From Octopus bimaculoides (Eukaryota): a stretch of 32,026 nucleotides of DNA. Made by a program: the position numbers and the translations under genes. Of the stretch, positions 1 to 9,584 are shown piece after piece. How positions within the stretch are numbered: the first letter of the stretch is position 1; each line of letters begins with the position of its first letter. A model generated the notes under the pieces. It worked only from the letters and a program-made list of their open reading frames with translations, had not been told where the DNA came from and made no database searches. The stretch covers positions 17,214,323 through 17,246,348 of the forward strand of contig NC_068992.1 in the NCBI RefSeq assembly GCF_001194135.2, given 5' to 3'.

Positions 1-62
1 TTTTCCTGTCTTGGTTTGTGTTTGCCACCTTGGAATCTTCTGTGTAGTGGGTTGATCCACTA

Positions 63-215
63 CTCAGGAAGAGACTATTCTAGAGTACGTTCTGTCTTGT
101 CTTCGAAACGACTAGATAGAATAGAGACAGCTGATGAAGGAATATTCCAAGTGGCTTTCCGTTTTCCTATGTGTTCGTTCCGTTGTCTGTAGTTTATTGT
201 TCTAACGTCCTGTAC
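63..215 (+). mobile_element. Penelope-like retroelement end (pseudo-LTR remnant) with degenerate hammerhead-like core words
   Basis: CTCAGGA-A-GAGAC...GTCTTC-GAAAC (63-109), then CTGATGA-A-GGAA/TA/TTCC (131-148) and a pyrimidine-rich tail. The same GAAAC...CTGATGA layout recurs at 2792-2827. Family assignment is by pattern recollection only. Confidence 0.35.
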
Positions 216-602
216 CCTGATATGCATGTATATACACATGTAGATGTAAGTATGTACATATATGTGTGTATACATGTATATATATTCTTTGTATTATTAT
301 ATGTATATATATATATAAGTGCATGTGTGTGCGTTTTGTGATTTCGCTTAGTCATTGTGATTCTAATAGCCAGTGGTAAGAACTCAATATTGAGCTGATT
401 ATATAATTCCTGTTCCTTTGTCATTCAATAATGAATAAGTATAAATATGCACGTGCGTGAGAGAGAGAGAGAGCGAGAGAGGGGGGAAGTGACAGAAAAG
501 TATATATGATTCTGTCGACATCGAAATCATGGGAACGCCATTCTTCAGTTACGAGACCTCGTAACCCTTCTCCAGAATTGTAACTCTAAGCTGCTAGGTA
601 TA

Positions 603-778
603 CGTGGTCTGATCAATAAGTATCCGGCCTGTTGGTATAGTAACGAAACTAAAGCACGCAGAGTAAAGCCGCTTGGCACAGATAGGCCTTTAACTCTGCC
701 GTGCATGCGCACTACATTTTAACGCTCTAGCTCACTTCCGCTGTTTACAGCAATGCTTGTAAGGAAGATGTGTAGCGT
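603..778 (+). mobile_element. Mariner-like transposon/MITE end, truncated
   Basis: TA followed by CGTGGTCTGATCAATAAGTATCCGG, resembling mariner TIRs and the ends at 18517 and 25332. No partner TIR found. Confidence 0.5.
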
Positions 779-819
779 ATGTACATACATACATGCGTAT
801 ATATGTATATACATATCTA

Positions 820-820
820 A

Positions 821-887
<67 letters not shown>
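820..887. repeat. (AGAT)n tetranucleotide microsatellite
   Basis: Direct reading. Confidence 0.95.
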
Positions 888-1746
888 TGTACATGTGATA
901 TATGTCTAGATATGTATGTGTGATATAATTTATCCCGTGAAGAAGGACATTAAAGTAATAACCCAAAGCGTATTGGAAGAAAACTAAATAGTTTTACCTT
1001 CAGCTATCTATCCTATTACTGCGTACGGAAAATTTATAATATTAATATTAATTGCAATTAACAGGTCGAAGAGTGCATAGTGTCACCATTATTATCATAT
1101 ATATATATATATATTATCATATATACATATATAGGTACATACACACACATACACACGCATTTACATACATGCTCAAACATACACAAGCACAAAAAACAGG
1201 CACACATATAATGGCTGCAAGTATTTCTGTACCATAGTTTCACCATAATATCTATGAATTTGGTATCAATAATCTTCAGGGTTTCCTAAAACAAATATAA
1301 AATGAAAGAAAGAAAAGATAGAACAAATAACATGCTGTGTCTGCAAGTCGACATAAGCTCTGTTTTTCTTTTCTGTGTATTATTGGTGTGGGGCGCTTTA
1401 TGATGTTCCTCAGACACAGTATAAAATGCATGCTATCATACGCCGGGGCAAAAGACAAAGGACTGGTGACTTCACATATTACGTAACACCCAACCATTTG
1501 TCTTTTGTGTCATAACTACTACAGTATATATGAAAGATTGGTCTATTCATACTGCTAGATACGTCTGTTGTATGTGCGTCTGTTGTATGGAAATAAGAAC
1601 TAACACAGCACACACACGTGTCAACATGCACATGAAACACTCGCCACACCCATGTACACCTATCCTTGATATATTTTACACGTTACGTCCAAATCTTCAA
1701 TGCATAACAACGATACATACACATGTACATATAAGTGTATATGTAA

Positions 1747-2080
1747 TCAAGCGGCACCATTTAATTGAACAATGCAATCATTACATCAATTTAAATGCAG
1801 GGCTATCCTCACCTGCAAAATAAATAAATGAATAAATAAAAAATAGATAAATAAATTGTATTTTTAACCAGTTGGACACACTAATATAATTTTACTCAAA
1901 TGCTCTAATAGCGCAAGAAGACGGAACGAATCCAACATGCACTATTTGAGCATTTGAGTAAAATTATATTAACGTGTCCAACTGATTAAAAATTTTATTT
2001 ATTCATTTATGCAGCTAAGGATAGACCTGCCTTTAAATTGATGTAATGATTACATTGTTCAATTAAATGGAGCTGCTTGA
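1747..2080. mobile_element. 334-bp near-perfect palindrome (fold-back/MITE-like element)
   Basis: Left arm TCAAGCGGCACCATTTAATTGAACAATGCAATCATTACATCAATTTAAATGCAGG...CAGTTGGACACACTAATATAATTTTACTCAAATGCTCTAATAGCGCA is the reverse complement, with few mismatches, of TGCACTATTTGAGCATTTGAGTAAAATTATATTAACGTGTCCAACTG...CTTTAAATTGATGTAATGATTACATTGTTCAATTAAATGGAGCTGCTTGA. Loop of about 22 nt at about 1916-1937. Confidence 0.85.
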
Positions 2081-2326
2081 AATGGTCGTACTGCATCACC
2101 TCTTGATATCCTGTTGCTTATTTTGATTTTATTCACCTTACTTTGAGTTGTATGGATAATACCGCACAGATTTGGTGCTTCAACTTAAGTATCTAATTCA
2201 TCTGAATCTCAATTATATATTTATATATATATATATATTATATACATACTTACTTACTTACAAGGTAAGCAAATGTGTACGTACGCCACTATATGTATAT
2301 ATAAATTCAAACAATAGAACAAGAAC

Positions 2327-2914
2327 GCAACAAGCAACAATAGAACATCTGGACAGATAGACGATACAAAAACGGATAGGAAAAAAACAAGGACGGGTCA
2401 TTCACAGCCTTCTCTCATCACTTCAAGTTTGCAGATCATCTTTACATCGGCCAAGCATGATCTTTCTTTCTTGACTCGACTGCGGGCCGCGAAGCATCTC
2501 TTATAATCCTGTCTCATGACTGTCATCTCTTATGTTCATCTCCAATGTTCCTGCTTCAAGGCTTTCACTCTACACACGCCAGCTCAACTTGGTTCATCTT
2601 TATTAGTCGAAAGACACCTTTTGTTATTTTTTTGTTGTTTGCATTTGTAATTGTGTAACATTTTCTCCGTTTTTTTTTTTTTTTGTCTTTGTTGCCTTAC
2701 ACATTCGCTTGCTTTCTTCCAAAAACTTTAATACTCTTAGCTTAGATTTTTGTGGCCAGCCAGATTTGAACAGACTCATGTGTCGCCGGCCGAAACAGTA
2801 AGGATGATCTGGTAACTTGACTGATGAGAGAAGGCTGCGAATGACTCGTCGTTGTTCTTTCCTGTCCGTCTTTGTATCATCTATCTGTCCGGATGTTTTA
2901 TTGTCGTGTATTGC
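2327..2914. mobile_element. Inverted pair of ~135-bp Penelope-like end sequences
   Basis: 2327-2460 reverse-complemented (TCATG...GGCCGA...GATGATCTG..AACTTGAAGTGATGAGAGAAGGCTGTGAATGACCCGTCC...TATCTGTCCAGATGTTCTATTG) matches 2776-2914 (TCATG...GGCCGAAAC...GATGATCTGGTAACTTGACTGATGAGAGAAGGCTGCGAATGACTCGTCG...TATCTGTCCGGATGTTTTATTG). The inverted repeat is certain; the PLE label is inference. Confidence 0.6.
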
Positions 2915-2930
2915 ATTATTTTTGGGGTAA

Positions 2931-2973
<43 letters not shown>

Positions 2974-3060
2974 CGTACGTACGTATGTATGTATGTATGT
3001 ATGTATGTAAGTATGCATGCATGCACGTACGTACGTATGTATGTATGCATGTATATATGT
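2931..3060. repeat. (AT)n/(ATGT)n compound microsatellite
   Basis: Direct reading. Confidence 0.9.
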
Positions 3061-3200
3061 TTGTTTGTGTGTACGTATTTGCGTGTGTGTAATAAAGAGA
3101 GATAGAGAAGGAGCGATAGACACTTGGTGGCCACCGCTGGAACGTTTCACGTTTGTTCAATCAAAGTTGGTCTAGAGCTAAATGGCAACAAGAGCTACAA

Positions 3201-3411
3201 TTTCTTCTGATATAGGCATAAGCCCTAAAATTGTATGGTAAGTCGATCATATCGACTCCAGTGCTCATCTGGCACTTATTTCATCGATCCAGAAAGGATG
3301 AAAGACAAAGCTAACTAACTGCGGTGGAATTTGAACTCGAAACGTACAACCGGAAGAAACGCCGTTAAGCAGTTTGTCCGGCGTAATAACGATTCTACCA
3401 GCTCGCTACCT
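3201..3411 (-). mobile_element. tRNA-derived SINE, family B (central CTTTCATCCTTTC..GGTCGATAAA domain), diverged copy
   Basis: Reverse complement aligns to 7766-8472: head with GAGTTCAAATTC B-box, TTTCATCCTTT.TGGATCGATGAAATAAGTGCCAG core, and type-2 tail. Confidence 0.8.
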
Positions 3412-4168
3412 AGCAACAACAATAACAATAAAAAGAAGAACAGATATCTGATATCTCATAATATCCCGTCAATATATATGTGTGGAAGACATCTGGAGAA
3501 CACTTCCGGCAGATTACAGCAAAAATATCGAAAGACAAGAAACAGTGATGACTGGTAGTTAGCAGCGAGTAGAGAAGCGTGCCTGTAGAAAGATTGTTTG
3601 GTATCTCACCAATGTGTGAGAGAGAGCCTATAATCAGCTTTTGGGCCCCCTTTTCTCAAGTATATCAGTGCATGGAATTTTAAGTGGTGGTGGATGGCGA
3701 AGTGGGATTTGGGATCGAGTATTAATAGGAGGTAGAGCAAAGAGACAGAGGGAAAGAGAGTGAGAGAGAGAGAGAGAAAGATGGAGGAGGCGAGGCCGGG
3801 GGTAAAATTGCTTGGTATTTCAAACGTGTAACAAGGGTAAACATATATTGTCTTTTTTTTGTTGTTGTTGTTGTTGTTGTTTTTTCAGAGAGATTAGTGG
3901 AGATTCACGAAACGAAACGACAATAGAAAAATTAAATTTAAGGGTCAAGAAGAGAATGAAAAAAGGGGGCTTGAGTAAATGTCTGACAAAATTAGAAGGA
4001 AAGGAATGCGAAAGAGACGAGAAGTGGGTAGGGAAAAGAGTAGGAGAAAATAGAGAGGGGGTGTTTGGGGACACCTAAAGGAAGACGGAGATAAAAAGGG
4101 AGTCCATGTACAATTGAGACGAGGAGAAAGTGAGAAAAGGCAAAACAAAGCGAATGAGGGAGCGAATG

Positions 4169-4198
4169 AGAGAGAGACAGGCAGACAGACAGACAGAC

Positions 4199-4253
<55 letters not shown>

Positions 4254-4409
4254 CAGATACATACATACATACATACATACATACATGCATACATACAGAG
4301 GCTGATTGAGAGACAAGTAAATATATATACATATATAGCAGTAGTAGTAGTAGTAGTAGTAGCCGCAGCAGCAGCAGCGGTAATAGTAGTAGTAGTAGTA
4401 GTAGTAGAT

Positions 4410-4464
<55 letters not shown>

Positions 4465-4647
4465 AAGGAACAAGAGAGAGACAGAAAGGGAGCGAGAGAG
4501 AGAGAGAAAGGAAACAAGAGTGAGAGACAGACAAACAGACAGACAGATATATACGTGCATACATACATACATACATACACACACATACATACATACATAC
4601 ATACATACATACATACATACATACATAGACAAATAATTGGATGGATG

Positions 4648-4699
<52 letters not shown>

Positions 4700-4754
4700 C
4701 ACAGACTGACAGACAGACACACAGACTGACAGACAGACACACAGACAGCCAGAG

Positions 4755-4788
<34 letters not shown>

Positions 4789-4790
4789 AG
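4169..4790. repeat. Compound microsatellite block (GACA/GATA/TACA/GTA/GCA/GA units)
   Basis: Direct reading; source of the minus-strand pseudo-ORFs at 3945-4818. Confidence 0.9.
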
Positions 4791-4959
4791 AAAAATAGCG
4801 AAAGAAAACTAGAAACATAAGAAAGCTATTGAAATAAGAAAGGTGTGTGAGAAGGATTTAGTACGGGCTATAAAAAGGTGGGTGTTTGGTGAATGAGTGT
4901 GAAAGAGACATAAAATTTTTAAATGGCGTTGGTGGGTGAAGTATTTGCTTGGATGCAGA

Positions 4960-5772
<813 letters not shown>

Positions 5773-5914
5773 ACGTATGCATCTACGTGTGAGCACGTAC
5801 GTCTGTGTATATTTATGTATAGATAGATGCTGGAGGGTGACGTGGGAAGGTGCAGTCGATGGTCAGTTTACACAACACACCTACAGGTATTTAAATACGA
5901 GTATAAAGTGTTAG

Positions 5915-6119
5915 GAGGAGGGGAGTGGCGGCGGCGGCGGCGGGGTGGGAGTTGATGATTGAGTTGTTGGCGTGGGCGTCAGGGAGAGACAAGGACTGGT
6001 TGTGGTCATGGTGGTGGTGGTGGTGGTATAGGTGGTGGTGAGTGTGTGTAGTACGTGGTGTTGGCTGCGGCAGAGATGGTGGTGGTACTAGCGTTGTCAG
6101 CAGCAGCAGCAGCAGCAAC

Positions 6120-6172
<53 letters not shown>

Positions 6173-6260
6173 CAACAGCAGCAGCAGTAGTAGTGGTTAT
6201 AGTAGTAGTTGTAGTTAGTTATGATGGTAATGGTGGTAGTGTTGGTGATAGTATCGACGG
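5915..6260. repeat. Compound trinucleotide microsatellite (GGC/GGT/GCA/GTA)
   Basis: Direct reading; yields poly-V/poly-L/poly-Y pseudo-ORFs. Confidence 0.85.
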
Positions 6261-6485
6261 TGCCAGTTGGCGAGTGGCACCATTTTTTTTGTGTTGTAGT
6301 GGAACATATGTAACAGATGTGATAAAGGAATACAAAGTTCGTGCCTATACGATGTGGGCACAGTTCTGGGTCCAACCCCACTGTGCGACACCTTCAGGAA
6401 GTGTCATCTATAGCGCAGGGCTCACCAAATTTCTGTGAATGGATTTGGCACGCGAAACATGAAACCCGTCGTGAGTATATATACA

Positions 6486-6873
6486 TTGTTGTTGTTGGCA
6501 CTCCGTCGCTTACGACGTCGAGGGTTCCAGTTGATCCGATCAATGGAACAGCCTGCTCGTGAAATTAACGTGCAAGTGGCTGAGCACTCCACAGACACGT
6601 GTACCCTTAACGTAGTTCTCGGGATATTCAGCGTGACACAGTGTGACAAGGCTGACCCATTGAAGTACAGGCACAACAGAAACAGAAAGTAAGATTGAGA
6701 GAAAGTTGTGGTGAAAGAGTACAGTAGGGTTCGCCACCATCCCCTGCCGGAGCCTCGTGGAGCTTTAGGTGTTTTCGCTCAATAAACACTCACAACACCC
6801 GGTCTGGGAATCGAAACCGCGATCCTATGACCGCGAGTCCGCTGCTCTAACCACTGGGCCATTGCGCTTCCAC
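6486..6873 (-). mobile_element. Full-length tRNA-derived SINE, family A
   Basis: Minus strand: GTGGAAGCGCAATGGCCCAGTGGTTAG (A box)...GGTTTCGATTCCC (B box), body, and 3' tail ending GGAGTGCCAACAACAACAA. Highly similar full-length copy at 29783-30169. ATACAT on both flanks may be a TSD. Confidence 0.92.
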
Positions 6874-7146
6874 ATACATAAATATATGCACACACATACA
6901 CACACACATAACTAATACACTTGCTTGTTGTTCCCACACCTGTCTTCGTCTTTTGTTTTCTGTAAATTTGAACTATATATAACTTATTTCAAAAACTTGA
7001 AGACACCCTCTAATTTTATTTAATTTAGTGCAAAAACTCAACATGCAAACTTTCAGCAGACATTTTAGAGGTTGCTACCTTCCACTGAGCATTTTGTATA
7101 TTGTTATTCTTTGGTTTTAATTTATTGTACATTTTCTGTCTCCTTG

Positions 7147-7718
7147 CCATCTTCTACTGGCTCTGACATACAACTGTTTAAGAGATTCAAAGCAAAGTGG
7201 GTGAAAATTGACAAGAACAATTACCAAACAGCAACAGATGACCCTAACATTGCAGAGAAAATCTCAGATTCTGAAGAAATCATTCAATTTGCTCAAGCTC
7301 AGCTTGATGAACAGAAGCCTCGTGATGACCACAAAGAATTGCTCGAGCTAACGCTCATATTCCTAGGTAGTACCCCCAAGTCAAGAATCAGCTTTAAAGC
7401 ACCCGGAACTTATCACAGAGCACGATGGATGGCCAAGCTAATTTACTGCATTAAAATTTGGATGTTTAAATCTCAGTTTAAACTAACTGAGAGAGAGGAA
7501 AAAGGACTGAGAGATGTTTGATGTTTTTCAGCTGCGATATACATCAGATCGTGGTACCTGGCATCCATACCCTCATGCGCCCCCACCGTTCAGATTTGCA
7601 TTTTGTGCAAAGTCTGCAGCTCTACAAGCAAAAGGATGACAAAATTGCAAGTGCTGCACTCAATAAGCTTTTGAGACATTTGTGGTACCTCTCTGAAGAG
7701 CTTGTGGCGCTTGCATAC
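7147..7718 (+). pseudogene. Decayed hAT-superfamily (hATm-like) transposase fragment
   Basis: ...GSDIQLFKRFKAKWVKIDK...KPRDDHKELLELTLIFLG..P...FKAPGTYHRARWMAKLIYCIKIWMFKSQFKLTEREEKGLRDV, TGA at 7519-7521, CFSAAIYIRSWYLASIPSCAP, frameshift, DLHFVQSL...ASAALNKLLRHLWYLSEELVALA. I recognise the PRDDYxELLEL, HRARWMAK and HLWYLSEEL motifs as typical of hATm-group transposases. Confidence 0.8.
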
Positions 7719-7765
7719 GAGGTTACTTCTTCCTTTAGTTGCCAATATATATATACATAGCAAAA

Positions 7766-8472
7766 GGCGGCGGCGGGCTCTGGCAGAAACGTTAGCACGC
7801 CGGGCGAAATGCTTAGCGGTATTTCGTCTGCCGTTACGTTCTGAGTTCAAATTCTGCTGAGATCGACTTTACCTTTCATCCTTTCGAGGTCGATAAATTA
7901 AGTAGCAGTTACGCACTGGGGTCGATGCAATCGATTTAATCCCTTTGTCTGTCTTTGTTTGTCCCCTCTATGTTTAGCCCCTTGTGGGCAATAAAGAAAT
8001 AAGAAACGTTAGCACGCCGGGCGAAATGCTTAGCAGTATTTCGTCTGCCGTTACGTTTTGAGTTCAAATTCTGCCGAGGTCGACTTTGCCTTTCATCCTT
8101 TCGGGGGTCGATAAATNNNNNNNNNNAGATCGACTTTACCTTTCATCCTTTCGAGGTCGATAAATTAAGTAGCAGTTACGCACTGGGGTCGATGCAATCG
8201 ATTTAATCCCTTTGTCTGTCTTTGTTTGTCCCCTCTATGTTTAGCCCCTTGTGGGCAATAAAGAAATAAGAAACGTTAGCACGCCGGGCGAAATGCTTAG
8301 CAGTATTTCGTCTGCCGTTACGTTTTGAGTTCAAATTCTGCCGAGGTCGACTTTGCCTTTCATCCTTTCGGGGGTCGATAAATTAAGTACCAGTTGCGTA
8401 CTGGAGTCTATCTAATCGACTGGCCCCCTCCCCAAAAAATTCAGGCCTTGTGCCTAGAGTAGAAAGTAATAT
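7766..8472 (+). mobile_element. Tandem dimer of family-B tRNA-derived SINEs with two different 3' tails (internal 257 bp duplicated by assembly)
   Basis: Unit 1, 7766-8001: TGGCAGAAACGTTAG A-box-like, GAGTTCAAATTC B box, core, tail ...CCCCTTGTGGGCAATAAAGAAATA. Unit 2 starts at 8002 (AGAAACGTTAGC...) and ends in the tail GACTGGCCCCCTCCCC...GGCCTTGTGCCTAGAGTAGAAAG. 8127-8383 repeats 7860-8116 across a 10-N gap. Confidence 0.85.
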
Positions 8473-8499
8473 TTACGTACAGGCTTCCAGGAATATGTT

Positions 8500-9400
8500 T
8501 AATATGTAAAATTGGAATATCCAATCTCGTTACACCGCTGTATTTAGTGGATAGTTAAGCAATGAGTTCATGGATGATTAATCGATTGGATGGGTGCTGA
8601 TGAATAAACAAAGACTCTTGAAATCTGTCATATACGCCCATTGCCCTTTTTTCATCTTGGATCTCGTTGTTTACACCAGACGAAACGTTGTAATAAAATC
8701 AGTTCTGGATATGATTTACAATAAAAAAAGAGATAACCTTAACAAACGGAGGCAGTCACGGTGAAGAACTCAACAATGTTACCTTGTTTTGTACTTCCTA
8801 CTTCTCCGTTTCTGTCAGGTTTATCCCGCTTTACGCGCTATTTTTCAAAAGTATATTGCTGCAGTTTTTGCTTCTCAGCTTTCAGAAATTTGAGATTTCA
8901 ACTTCTTTCTTCTGACCAATAGAAGAGTTCAACAATGCCATTATTTTCACCATCGAACAACTTTTTTCCCCCACTCTTCAAGCATCGTTATTGTCAGAAC
9001 ATCTTAAAAGCAATCCTAATAACCTAGATTCATCAATTTCTACATTCTCCGCCGCATCTTTTACATCGTCGCAGTTTGTCTGGAGTACCTCAGTCGCTGT
9101 TTCCTTTTTAACTCTCCGAACGATTTTCCAACTTCACACTCGCTAGGTTTTTCTTCGGCGAAAGAATTTCCCTTGTAAGAAATTCCAAACACTACATTAT
9201 AATCATTTAGATATTTTTTCTTTCATTTGTTCATCATAACACTCTGTCTTTCTTCTTTTCTTTTTTCGTTTTTTTCTTTTTTTTAAACTTGAAAAACACC
9301 TGTCTTTATTTGACTTAAATTTCTTGAAGGAAGCACTAAAAGTCATTTATAATTTTTTCATCAAGTACATAGTCTGGCTCTTTCTCCACTAACTTAACGG
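8500..9400 (-). pseudogene. Possible heavily decayed Transib-like (RAG1-core-related) transposase, N-terminal half
   Basis: Frameshifted minus-strand pieces in an order compatible with Transib: KKYLNDYNVVF..GKSFGELKRKQRLR / LQTNCDDVKDAAENVEIDESRLLGLLLR / MALLNSSIGQKRKKLK / ELILLQRF..KQ / QESLF..SSAPIQS / LSTKYSGVTRL. Many stops; no TIR found. Confidence 0.3.
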
Positions 9401-9584
9401 CAAAACGATAAGTAGCATTTTGCGAACTGGAAGACATTCTATGACAATATCTTTGACGGGTGCATGAAAGTAGCGAATATGGCACGTGTGACTGGGCCTA
9501 CAAACACGTCAACTAGATACGCCTTTTAACGAACAAAAACATTTGCACTGAAATCATGCAAAAAAAATAATAATATCATTATAA

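Noticed and set aside
3412-3573. Acceptor tctttctacag followed by an open minus-strand frame
   Set aside because: No plausible donor; the frame runs into a (TTG)n repeat and a SINE head.
6790-6873. tRNA genes at SINE heads (also 16646-16715 and 30090-30169)
   Set aside because: A and B boxes are present, but they run into SINE bodies and tails and I could not fold a complete cloverleaf.
8127-8383. Apparent SINE tetramer / 257-bp tandem duplication
   Set aside because: It is an exact copy of 7860-8116 across a 10-N placeholder gap, typical of unmerged contig overlap.
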